A stretch of 64,000 bases of DNA from an uncultured Planctomycetota bacterium (GCA_963845755.1 CAWJTV010000034.1:64001-128000); one strand, 5' to 3'. Numbered from the stretch's first letter, positions 49,453 through 59,700 are shown. Notes: a model not told the origin generated them from the letters alone. Numbers and translations: made by a program.

Positions 49453-50013
49453 ATGATGCCGCACCCGATTCGCCGATTTCGAGCTACGGGACTGGCCACG
49501 GTCCTGACCTTCGCAATCCTCGGCCTTGCCGCCGGAGTGCGAGCCGGTGCGAAGCCGAGTGCGCCCCTGCAACCACAGGCCCCTACGGGATCCTCGATTC
49601 TGCTGGAAGTCCAGGGGGAGGTGGCTCATCCGCTCTCCTGGACGGCGACCGAATTCGCCAAGCTGCCGCGACAGTCGGTGCGAGCCAAGGGCCACGACGG
49701 AGTCGAGTCGCAGTATCAGGGCGTGTCCTTGATCGAGGCCCTGGCGAGAGCCGGCGTCCCGTCGGGAAAAGAGCTGCGCGGCAAGGCGTTGAGCCTCTTC
49801 GTCGTCGTCGAGGCAGCCGACGGTTACCGCGCAGTCTACGCACTTGCGGAGTTGGACCCGGAATTCACCGATCGGGTGATCCTGGTGGCCGACCGCCGGG
49901 ATGACAAGCCGCTGCCCGCCCACTCGGGGCCGCTCCAGGTGATCGTGCCCGGAGAGAAGAAGCACGCGCGCTGGGTCCGCCAGGTAATCCGGATCAAAGT
50001 TGGTCGAGCGTAG
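49453..50013 (+). CDS. Molybdopterin-dependent oxidoreductase-like secreted protein
   Basis: YQGVSL, AADGYRAVYALAEL, GPLQVIVPGEK, RWVRQV. Confidence 0.75.
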   Translation: MMPHPIRRFRATGLATVLTFAILGLAAGVRAGAKPSAPLQPQAPTGSSILLEVQGEVAHPLSWTATEFAKLPRQSVRAKGHDGVESQYQGVSLIEALARAGVPSGKELRGKALSLFVVVEAADGYRAVYALAELDPEFTDRVILVADRRDDKPLPAHSGPLQVIVPGEKKHARWVRQVIRIKVGRA

Positions 50014-50068
50014 AACCAGGCCGCCATGGGAATCAAGCAAGTCCTCTTCCGTTGACCACGAGCGTTCC

Positions 50069-50488
50069 TTACTCGATATGCTCGACGGTCCAACCGCGCG
50101 TGGCGACCAGGAAGTCGGCGATGAACTGGCGGTGGCAGTCGGCCACGCGTTTCTCGGCGCACAACAAGCAGAAAGGCTGGAGAAGGTCATCCAGCCGGCC
50201 GATCAGCAAGTCCCCGGTGCGCTCGAAGAGTACGCGGTAGGGCGGACGCCAATCGTCAAGGTCCCGGAACAGGTTGCCGAGTTCGAGGATGGAGTGATAC
50301 GCGATCCCCCTGTCGCCGAGCAGTTTCTCGATTCCTTTATTGGCGGATCGCGCCTTGACGTAGGCGCCCATGCTGGCGCTCTCCGGTCGAATTCGGACAT
50401 CGGCGATCGAGCGTATGCCGTGGCCGACCAGGAGGTCCGCGAACTCATCCGGCCGCCGTCCGCCGTAGCCGATGGTGTAGAACGTCAT
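50069..50488 (-). CDS. DUF488 family protein
   Basis: YTIGY, DVRIRP, LLCAE, CHR, VEHI. Confidence 0.85.
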   Translation of the reverse strand: MTFYTIGYGGRRPDEFADLLVGHGIRSIADVRIRPESASMGAYVKARSANKGIEKLLGDRGIAYHSILELGNLFRDLDDWRPPYRVLFERTGDLLIGRLDDLLQPFCLLCAEKRVADCHRQFIADFLVATRGWTVEHIE

Positions 50489-50569
50489 CGGGAAACCCTG
50501 ATCGTCATGAGATGGATATGGAGAACCGAGACATCGGCCTCGGCGAACCGGCTTTCTTCGAGTGTGACT

Positions 50570-50696
50570 GAGAATCGGTCCCAGAAGGGCGGGCGGGGGG
50601 CGTCAGCCCCCTGTCCGGTGAGCGACGGACCTCCAAGACAGGGGGCTGACGCCCCCCGCTCGCCCGGACCGGCCTCTTCTGGGACAGACTCCGAGA
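50570..50696. repeat. Nested inverted repeat (REP/MITE-like)
   Basis: gggcgggcggggggcgtcagccccctgtc paired with gacagggggctgacgccccccgctcgccc, flanked by gtcccagaag/cttctgggac. Confidence 0.7.
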
Positions 50697-50756
50697 CTCG
50701 CCCCTCACTGCGAGTGACGGTCAACCCACGTCAGACGATGAGCGTCACAGCCACCC

Positions 50757-51206
50757 TCATCGCGGCTCGACGTTCACCTCAGTCTTCACGGAGTTGGCGA
50801 TGAAGCAGGCGTGGTGGGCCTGATCGTGGAGTTGTCGAACCTCCTCGTTTGAGGGCGTCCGTTCACCGGCGAACCGGACCTCGGGTTGTAACGTCACCCG
50901 GGTCATGGCCAGGCGACCCGACGCGTCCTTTTCGAGGATGCCGACTGCCTGGTCGCGGTAACTCTCGACGTTGAAACGCTTCCTGCAGGCGATGGCCAGG
51001 AACGTCAGCATGTGACAGCTCGACAGGCTGACGACGAACGCCTCCTCGGGATCGACGCAAGATTCACTGCCCAAATAAACCGGGTTGGCCGACGCCCGGA
51101 CCCGAATGCCCGCGTCGAAGATCCAGTCGTGATCGCGGTTGTAGGTTTCGTAGGTGAAGTCGGCGGTCTCCCGCTTCCATTCGACCGTGGCCTTGTGCTC
51201 GGACAT
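50757..51206 (-). CDS. OsmC family protein
   Basis: DPEEAFVVSLSSCHMLTFL, HHACFIANSV. Confidence 0.92.
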   Translation of the reverse strand: MSEHKATVEWKRETADFTYETYNRDHDWIFDAGIRVRASANPVYLGSESCVDPEEAFVVSLSSCHMLTFLAIACRKRFNVESYRDQAVGILEKDASGRLAMTRVTLQPEVRFAGERTPSNEEVRQLHDQAHHACFIANSVKTEVNVEPR

Positions 51207-51232
51207 GGCGTGTCTCCTCTTGATACCGGATT

Positions 51233-51814
51233 CTACCCACCTCGCCCCGCCGCTCCCACCCAGTCAGTCGGATCGGCGTCATCCCATCGGACATCGCCGG
51301 AAGGTCCGGAGATCGACGGTACGTGGCGACCGGCCAGTCGCAGCCACGTCTGGACCTGAGTCCGGTGGTGGCAGGTGTGCAGCACGCGTCGCCAGAACGT
51401 CCAGATCCGCTGTCGCGTCCCCCCGCCGAAGAACGGCATCTCGGTCGGCCACCACGCGGCGCTGGCCTCGGCGAGCTGAGGCAATCGCTGCCTTGCCAGG
51501 AAGAAATCCCGGTTCAGGTAGGCCTGGACCGTCGGTGGTTCACCCGGTGGCAACAGTTCGTCGGCTGGCGGTTCCTGAGTGCCAATGAACTGGGCGAAGA
51601 ACCGGCGCCCCGAGAGGATTTGATGGACAAGGATGTCCCGAATCGTATTCGTTTTCTCGTGCGGTCTGAACTCGAGTTGATCGTCCGGGATCGCTCGCCA
51701 GAGGCTGGCCGTTTTGTTCGTCTCGCTTGTGTACGTCGTGCGGAGGTGCAGAAAAAGCCGGTCGCTCGCGGCCGGGATGTCCTTGTCGGGGATGGCGATG
51801 AACTCGTATTTCAT
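51233..51814 (-). CDS. DinB family protein
   Basis: FRPHEK, ILVHQ, HTCHHRTQ, VPSISGP. Confidence 0.85.
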   Translation of the reverse strand: MKYEFIAIPDKDIPAASDRLFLHLRTTYTSETNKTASLWRAIPDDQLEFRPHEKTNTIRDILVHQILSGRRFFAQFIGTQEPPADELLPPGEPPTVQAYLNRDFFLARQRLPQLAEASAAWWPTEMPFFGGGTRQRIWTFWRRVLHTCHHRTQVQTWLRLAGRHVPSISGPSGDVRWDDADPTDWVGAAGRGG

Positions 51815-52190
51815 GGAACAACCCTCGCCGCGGAAACGCCGACACTCGCTCATGCACGATCAGGAATACTCAGGCGCCCCTCGCTGCGTTGGTCAGATGG
51901 TTTCTTCGGCGCGTCAAAGGCCAGCGTCGGTCTGCGCGGCGCCGAGACTGATGCTATCATAACGAAGAGCGGCTGTCTTCGAGAAGGAACTGAGCGTGAC
52001 CAGGCATGAATACCCGGATGAGGTCTCGCCGTGAGCGCGGAACCGGGCGAGTGGTCACCAGGATTGCGAGGAGGCCATTTCCGGCAGGAGACTGGCACGC
52101 CGCAGATTCGGAGTCGGTCCCCTGCGGGAATTGGCTCGCAAGCCGCTAGCGTCTTCTCAACCAACATACCGTATCGAAGTGGTGAGCCGA

Positions 52191-52726
52191 ATGATGTCCG
52201 ACGATCTCCAGGCCATGTACCGCTACCTCGACACGTTGACGGCCGGGCCCAACCTGTCCCGTCTGCTCGAAGAATTGTCGCGATTCGAGATCAACCTTGA
52301 CGACCTGTCCGAATACATGCACTTCGCGGGGAACGGCTACAAGCGCAACCTCGTGCGCTCTCGCCGAATTACCAGGCCTGGATGCTCTGCTGGAAGAACG
52401 GCCAGCGTTCGCCAATCCACAACCATAGCGGGTCGGCGTGCGTGGTGCGCGTGCTGCGTGGCACGCTGACCGAGACGCTCTTCGAGATAGCGCCGAACGG
52501 CCATGTCAAGGCATCGTTTTCGCGCGATTTCGCCGAGGGTAGCCTGATCGGCAGCGAGGACACGGACATCCACCAAGTCTCGAACTTGCAGGCGGAGGAT
52601 GCCGACCTTGTGACACTACACGTTTACGCGCCGCCACTGACTCGGATGGAGACGTATTCGCTCTACGACGTTAGCCGCGGCTACGAGGTATGGGAACCGG
52701 AGTTCAGTGATGCCGCGGGAATCTGA
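52191..52726 (+). CDS. Cysteine dioxygenase family protein (frameshift near 52365)
   Basis: YKRNLV, CWKNGQRSPIHNH, IHQVSN, TLHVYAPP. Confidence 0.88.
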
Positions 52727-52804
52727 ATGGACAATGGGATGAGGAGACAGGCACACGTATCCCGGCGACGCGGGTCTCCAGAGTCGAGGTTATCGATCCA
52801 CTCA

Positions 52805-53760
52805 TCAAAGTCCCCGAGGTGGTTCACATAACAGTCGTCGATGATCCTCGCGAGCGATGTTTTCGCCGGTGAGGATGACACAAATCGGCTCCTCTAGCTC
52901 TTCGGCGTGAGTCTGGACATAAGCCAGGGTGATCGCGCTCGACGGTTCGACGACGATCGCCTGAGTCTCGAAAAGCGCTTCAGCGCCGCGCGAATGTCTC
53001 CCTCCGGGACCAGGGAGACTGTCACGCCCGCTTCCGCGATCGCCTGCTGCACCTGGGAGTGGGGGATCTCCAGGATCAGACCGTCTGCGATAGTCGTCGA
53101 GCGTGCGTGGTCGAAACGGGCGTACTTCGGGTAATTGTACGGCTCGCAGCCGAACAGCCGGACCGGGGCCGGGTTGTTCCGCAGGTATGCCTGCAGGCCC
53201 ATGAGCAACCCGCCGCCACCGACCGGAAACACAAGCGACCGGCAATCGGGAAGGTCGTGCAGGATCTCGGCAGCGATGGACTGGTAGCCGTCGGTCCAGA
53301 GCGGGTCCAGGTGGGGATGTACGAAATAGCCCCCGCGTTCCTTGGCGAGGTCGGTGGCGCAGCGAAGGAGGTCGCTGCCCCCGCCGGCAATCTTGATCAA
53401 TTCCACGCCCAGGGCCCTCAGCTTCTCGTCCTTGGCCCGGGCGATGGTTTGCGGCACGACGCCGGTCATACTGAAGCCGAACGCCTGCGCGCGGTCGCCG
53501 CGCCCAGGGCGGTGTTCCCCATCGACGGCACGATCAATTGCCGCGTGCCCCCTTCCCGAATCAAGGTGCTCCAGCAGATGCACCGCCCCGCGAATCTTGA
53601 AACAGCCCGAAGGGGCAAGGAACTCGCACTTGGCGTGCACGTCCACTCCTGGGAAAGAGGTTGCCCAGGCGGATCATCGGCGTCGGCACAAGGGGAAGCA
53701 TGGCGGGTCTCTCGGCAGCAGTTGGCATGCAAGAACGCCCTGTTGTCGATGGTACTAAGT
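52805..53760 (-). CDS. PLP-dependent threonine dehydratase/serine racemase-like enzyme (several frameshifts; start uncertain)
   Basis: KCEFLAPSGCFKIRGA, SMGNT, FPVGGGGL, TIADGL, VEPSSA, LTGEN. Confidence 0.8.
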
Positions 53761-53818
53761 CCGCCTGAAGTGCACCAGACTCGATGAGGGCGCACCTCCC
53801 GGCGCCCCGTGCATATCG

Positions 53819-54017
53819 TCAGTTGATCAGACTATCATGTCCCCGCGCTGGTCCCGTAGGGAGCTTGTTCAAGTCAACGTTGAAGAACGGGTCTACCTTC
53901 ATGCCGTCGGGGCCGATGTGGACCAACCGGAAGTAGAACCGCCCGGAGTGGTCGAGCGTCGAGAGCAGTGAGTTCATCACGTACATCCGCTTGCCGTCGC
54001 CGGTCACGTGCATCATG
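53819..54017 (-). pseudogene. Orphan 3' fragment of a selenium-binding protein (SBP56/methanethiol oxidase-like) gene
   Basis: MMHVTGDGKRMYVMNSLLSTLD...GPARGHDSLIN; colinear with 63687-63886, no upstream part. Confidence 0.85.
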
Positions 54018-54556
54018 CCGAAACGCCGCTTCTCGCAAGCGCCTGCCTGAGCAGCGTTTGCGACGCAAGTTCTTGCCATCCTTATTGTTTGCGACGAAAC
54101 TGGTGGTCACTCGTGATCGCTAGTCATCCCACTATGTCACAGGGAAAATCTTACCCTCGGAAGTTACCCCCGGCTCTATCTCTCTGGCGTGGCCGGATCG
54201 AACCGGCCGAACAGCTTCGAGCCGATTATGTCTCCTCCGCGCAGCGCTACGTCGACGGCGGACGGGTGGATCGCCCGTCGGCCGTCGGCGAGCCTGTGGG
54301 CTACCCTGTCGAGACACACTCTCCCACGACTCAGGATCGCGACCGCATCGCCCCCCGCCTGGTCGTGGAGGAGCCGGCCCAGGCTATCCTCCAGTTCTGA
54401 CGTTCCGGTTCGGTGGAGCAGGAGTTGAAGGGGAGTGAGAGGGTCAACCCCTTTTCTCGACAGCGACCGCCCTCCTCGCCGAAGAGCTGAGGTAATCGTT
54501 GCCACGCCAGGGATAGTAGAGTCTGATCGTTCGATCCTCGTCTAATGACTGATGTG

Positions 54557-55682
54557 TCACGGAGAGAGACCGCGGATCTCCGCTTCCTCCCAAGCGACGT
54601 ACTTCTCAGGATCCTTCCAGAACTTAACCCACGCGGAGTTCAGGAGCGAATGAACTTCGTCGGATGTGCCCGGCTCCGCCAGCCGACAGTTGACCGCGGA
54701 CGTGCCTTCCCGTGCGAGACGTACGATGCCGTCGATCAGATGGTCCGGGTAGCAGCGGTGATACTCCGGTTCCGGTTTTTGCGCCAGTTTCCGCGAGGAG
54801 CTCACACCACTTCACGGAGATCGCCGACGCTTCGACGCCGAAGCCGCCAAGTTTCAGGGCGCTCAGCATCGCCCTCATGCGGGCATCATCGGCGGGGTGA
54901 GAGGCCGCTCGGAACACCGGCACTTCGAATGGATCGTCGCCCCGCTTCGCTGTCAGGTGTAGATGAGACCAAGCGTATGCCGGCCCAAGGGTGTTCACGG
55001 CGAAGAGGTCGCAGAAGAACTCCTCGGTCCAGATCTTCACCCACGACTCGCGCCACTTCCTGAGCATGAACGCCGGTCGCTCGGGGCCGCGTCTTCGAGC
55101 TTCCTTCGCGACCTCCCCTGCGATGTAGGACAGCGCCTCCGACATCGCGTTGAAGACCGCCTCTTGATAAGGCTCGACGATCGGATCGTCTTCCTGCTGA
55201 GCGAGAGGATGGCCGAGCTCATGATAGAGGTCGGGGAGGTGGAGGAGGAATCTACCCTCCGTGAGCGGAACGAAGAGAAGGTTGAGCTCGGTGTTGACGC
55301 AGAAGTACTGCTGCGAGAGTGATGAGACGACGGGAGCGGCGAGCGGATACTGGATCTCTCGTCGGATCTTCTCGAGCAGTTGGGTGAGATGGTGATCGTC
55401 CCCCGCTGCACGACTCAGCGCGGCGATGCCGGTGCTTTCCAGGATGTCCAGGTCCGAGACGATCCGGCGGAAGGCCCTGAACCGCTCCGGCTGATTCGCG
55501 GGATCGAGGTAGTCCGCATCTTCAAGCAGAGAGCGGAGCTGATGCAGGTGGTCCTGGATCTTCCTGTGGCAGGTTTGAGAGAGCGCGTCGTAGTCCCTCG
55601 GCAGGCGCCGCGGGATCTTCGCGACGAGATGCCTCGCACGGGCGATGAGTTGGTGGGTTAACCCGGTCAGATAGTCGTTCAC
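54557..55682 (-). CDS. HEXXH zinc-metallopeptidase-like protein, about 375 aa (frameshift at T-run near 54780)
   Basis: LYHELGH (55209-55229), then WTEEFFCDLFAVNTLGPAY and SHP; GTG start overlaps the upstream stop (GTGA). Confidence 0.75.
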
Positions 55683-56044
55683 ACCCCGCGTCCCCTCATC
55701 TTGCTGAGGAGATCCGACCTCTCATGTTCGATCGCGAGTGCGATGTTCTCGAGGCGCTCGACGAGCGTCGGCTCCACGTCCCGAGAAAGCAGAGCATCGC
55801 CGAGCGCGGACAACTCTCGGGGGTTACCCGCTTCGTCTGCGTGGACGAGGACGGCGAACACCTGCGATGCAAGGCTCTTAGCGTCGCCTCTTCCCGCCGC
55901 GATCAGAAGGTCGGCGAGCCGTTTTCTCCTGGGGTCAGAGGGCACACTCTTCCCGACCTTCAAACGCAAGATCACCTCGTCGAGAAGCTCGCCGTACTCA
56001 CGCACCCGGGAGTAGAGCCCGGAATACAGCCCGGAATGGCTCAT
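55679..56044 (-). CDS. Hypothetical 121-aa helical protein coupled to the Argonaute gene
   Basis: ATGA overlap with the pAgo stop and GTGA overlap with the next gene. Confidence 0.75.
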   Translation of the reverse strand: MSHSGLYSGLYSRVREYGELLDEVILRLKVGKSVPSDPRRKRLADLLIAAGRGDAKSLASQVFAVLVHADEAGNPRELSALGDALLSRDVEPTLVERLENIALAIEHERSDLLSKMRGRGV

Positions 56045-58404
56045 GAGTGGACCTCCTCTGACTCTTCAAAATCGAGAGCGTCAGCGTCGTACTCGCTTGC
56101 GTCCTCGCCGAGCCGGCGATCGGTTAGCTTGAGGGTGATCGGATACCGAGTGCAGTCCTCCGGCCTCGTCCAGGCGAGAGCGGTGAGGTCATAGAGGTCC
56201 TCGAGGGGAGCTCTCGAAGTCCAGACTCCCCTCGACGTACCGGAGGTGGAGCGGCTGCACCGTCCCGTTCCGGCTGAACGCTCGCCCGGTGGCACAGAGG
56301 TATGCATCGTCTCCGCCGGCAAAGTGGTAGCACCCAACCTGAGGGTTGGTCACGAAATCGCGGTGGCCGTTCGAGGTGGAGACGTCGAAGAGCCTGAGAC
56401 TCGTGCGCGATGTCTTCCAGATCTCGAGCATCGTGATCGTGGCGTCCGGCTCGATCGTGCCGTCTTTCTCCAGCTCCGCGAACGCCCGCTTGAGCCCTTC
56501 GCGTTCGGATGACCAGAGGCGCCCATCTCGGTGGATGACGATGTGCCGAATCGGAGTGCCGGTTGCCGCCTCCTCCTTGATGATCTCCGCGAAGTACTTC
56601 TTCACCTGATCGGCGAGGAGACGTTCCTTCTGCCGAGACTCGTGGCACCGAGTCCGGACAAGGCTTCCGTTGCCGGCCACGACGGTGAAACCTGCGGTGT
56701 TCTGCTTGACGTCTATTCCGACCGTGACGTCGGCGTGGAGCGGCGTCGAGAGTACGAACGGCCACTTCTCGTTCGTGAGAAGGATCTTGTTCAGCGCGAC
56801 GTTCCGGAGGTAGCCGGAGAACTTGCCACGCTTGTCGTTCCGGACTCGGTTGAACGGCCTTCCGTCTCTGCCGTGCGCGAGCTCGTAGCATTCGCGGCCC
56901 ATCGCCGAGTGATTGACGGCGGCGTACACGTCGAGCTTCCTCAATTCTCTTACGACCATCGCGGCGAGTTGATCGTGCTGCCGATGCCGACGATCGCTCG
57001 TGTGATGGATCATGACGAGCGCGAAGCCGTCTTTTTTGCAGTGCTCCTCGGCAGCCGCACGAATTGCATTCCCTTGGTCGACGAATGTCTTCGGACCACG
57101 GTCGTTGTACGGCACCACGATCGGGTCGTACCCGCCGCCCTGCGGATAGAGTTCGTCTACGACCCGCTTGAGATCCGTAAGGAACTCACCGCCCCAGCTA
57201 TCCGCGACGCTCTGCGGGAGGAAGAGGTATTGCCTGTCCAGCCTGTCGCGCGAGTAGAAGCCCGCGCCCAAGTCGCGGAGGAGCTCGGCCCGGGTCCGTC
57301 CGATCATGTCGAGCGAGGCTTGCTGCGCCCGGGCGTTCCGCGGATCGAGACGATCCGATCGTTCCCGAACTCGTAGTCGGGGAGGACGAACATCTTGTGA
57401 GGGACGCTGACCGGGACCGGAGATACATCCAGCACGAACTCGCCGAATCTGAGCCGGCGGAGGAACTGTGCGGCGTAGCGATGGATCCCTTCGCGACGCT
57501 CGTGCGGCCTGAGGATCGTTCCGCCGTGATGCCGACCTGCTTCCTCGAACTTCGTGTCGATCACCGGATAGCAGAGCCCAGCCGGCGCACCCCTCAGTTC
57601 GCCCTGATTGCTCATGTAGGAGACGACGGATGCGTTGTTCGGGAGGTTTGCAAGCTCCTCGGGGACCGGCTTCTCGGTCTCGGCGAGAATGTAATCGAGG
57701 AGCGTAACGCGCGTACCGTTACGTTGGATGAGAATCTCGCTCGCGGTCAGGTCGTTGAATTCGTGGAGGTGGACGACGTACCACCGATGGCCGTAGCGGT
57801 AGACGCAACGGCTTCCGCGCCATCGCCTAAAAGCCGCCCGGTCCATGTGGAGCGGGAGCGGCTGGCGACTCGCAAGCCTGTGCTTGACGTTAACGCAGAG
57901 CCCGATTCCCCCGTCTGGCGTGACGATCGCTCGGACGGAAAAGCCCGGGTAGCGGACGACATTCCCGGAGAGGATCGTCGGGGTCTTCTCGAAAAACGGC
58001 TCTCCGGAGCCAGGCTGCCACAGAGTCGAGTTGGAGTTGAGCGGCGTCTGGACGGTGAAGTTCACAAACCGGAGGCAGATCTCGTCGTTCTCCGGATTCC
58101 GCTCGGTATAGTCGAGCGTCCTCACTCCGGGGACGCGATCGAAGTACACTGTCCGCCGCACGAGTTGATACGGACTCGGCGGCTCTGGTGCGTCGTCGCG
58201 CAGCACGAGGTACGGTTCGCCTTCGCGCTCGACAACCGTCGCTGGCGTGTGAGTCGCGTAGCTCATCCTCCGGGCGATGATCTGGCGGTTCTGGTGGTAC
58301 TCCGACTGCTCCGAGTGGAGGCCTCGAATTCGGTACAGGCGGTAGCTCGAGGAGAGCTGGGCGATGTTCGTGATCGGGAAGACGTTTGTCTCGAGCTTGC
58401 TCAT
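56041..58404 (-). CDS. Long prokaryotic Argonaute, about 787 aa (frameshifts near 57330 and 56205)
   Basis: N-terminal LETNVFPI; PIWI motifs VGIDVK, IVIHRDGR, NPQVG, GTVQPL, DLYDLTALAW, YPITLKLTD. Confidence 0.9.
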
Positions 58405-59335
58405 ACATCGTCCTCCCAGCACATCACGCGATAGGAGCAGCGCTGGCACGCTTCTGGCGAGGCCGCGACCGGAAAATCGCATGGTCGGAGATCCGTGCTC
58501 TTTCGCCCGTCGAGGACAAGGAGCATGTCCGTCGCGGTCGCGGCGATGTGGGCGTCGATATCCGCGGCGTCATCCTCTGCGAGGGCGTAGGATCGCGTTC
58601 GTCCCAGCAGCAGTTGTACCTCGAGCAGGCGGACGTCCAAGGGTTGCCAGCGTGACATCGACTCCGGGAAGTCCTTGTGGGCGTTGCATCGACATAGCGC
58701 GAGCGCATATGTGGCGAGCTGAAGCCTCGCCTCCTGAACGCCGAACGCGTGCACCTTCCAGTCAACGATGAGAGGTGGTGCATTCTCGTAGAACGCGATG
58801 AGGTCGGGAACGGCTCGCACGGTCATCCCGGAGTGCTTGAACATCAGGGCGGCGTTGCGCGACCAGGTAGCTCGCTGCTTTCAGCTCCGCGGCGAGCTCT
58901 CTCATCTGAAAGAGGTTCTTCAGCGCGAGCTCGACCTCGGTCCAGGCGACGTTGATTTCCTCCTCATTGAGGGTCCCTTCGTAGGCCAACGAGTAGAAGG
59001 CGACGAAATCATCTCCCTCCTTGGTGGGGATGAGATCGAGATCGTCGAGGCGCTGCGTGCGGCCGTACGCGAGCTGCCCGTCAAAGAGCTCCCGCGCCCT
59101 CTTGACGGCCAACTGGAGCGTCACGGTCCTGCGCTCGCAACTGCGGGACGATGAATGAGCTGATGACGTCGTTAACGATGTTTCCACGCCACGAACTTAG
59201 GCTCTGGAGCTTGCCGAGCAGATATGCCCGCCGGCGCTCGCGGTCGTTCGCCCTGTGACTCGCGAGGACGTTCTTGAAGTACCACTGACGCTGGCATCTC
59301 CTAAACGTCTTGCTCTCCGAGATCGACCAATACAT
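58401..59335 (-). CDS. Cas4/AddB-like PD-(D/E)XK nuclease with Fe-S cysteines, about 310 aa (frameshifts near 59130 and 58850)
   Basis: N-terminal S...FRRCQRQWYF, VPDLI, IVDWK, QLATYA, C-terminal CQRCSYRVMC. Confidence 0.85.
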
Positions 59336-59694
59336 CAGCGCTTCCTCCCCGCATGCTTCGAGCGGAGGAAGGCGAGATAGTCCGCGAGGGCATCCTCCTC
59401 CTCTTTGGTCGTGGGGCCGAGGCGGGCCGAGAGCCGCGAAGCTGATTCACGTCGCTTGGTCGGCCCGGGTACAGGATATCCCGCGTACTCGAACAGGGTC
59501 TCGTACGGGACCTCATAGAGCTCGCTCAGCTTGTGGAGGTGCGCCGGGGAGGGCTCGCGGATCTTCCCGGTTTCAAGCTGGCTGAGATACGCGTTTGAGA
59601 TCCCGGTCTCAGCCTCGACGGCGCGTAGGGACAGGCCCTTCGAGCGGCGTAGCACGGCGAGGAATGAGCCAAGGCGATTGGGTTCGGTTGACAT
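59335..59694 (-). CDS. Xre/Cro-family HTH transcriptional regulator
   Basis: LRRSKGLSLRAVEAETGISNAYLSQLETGKIREPS; the stop overlaps the nuclease start (TGATG). Confidence 0.92.
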   Translation of the reverse strand: MSTEPNRLGSFLAVLRRSKGLSLRAVEAETGISNAYLSQLETGKIREPSPAHLHKLSELYEVPYETLFEYAGYPVPGPTKRRESASRLSARLGPTTKEEEDALADYLAFLRSKHAGRKR

Positions 59695-59700
59695 GATGCT

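Noticed and set aside
54020..54545. Short ORFs on both strands at the island's left edge
   Set aside because: No motif, RBS or consistent coding signal that I can support.
56189..58482. Split Argonaute (separate N/PAZ and MID-PIWI genes, as in short pAgo systems)
   Set aside because: The ORFs do meet at an ATGA overlap near 57305. However, single-base fixes join them into one ~787-aa long pAgo, and indels are common in this sequence. Not fully excluded without reads.
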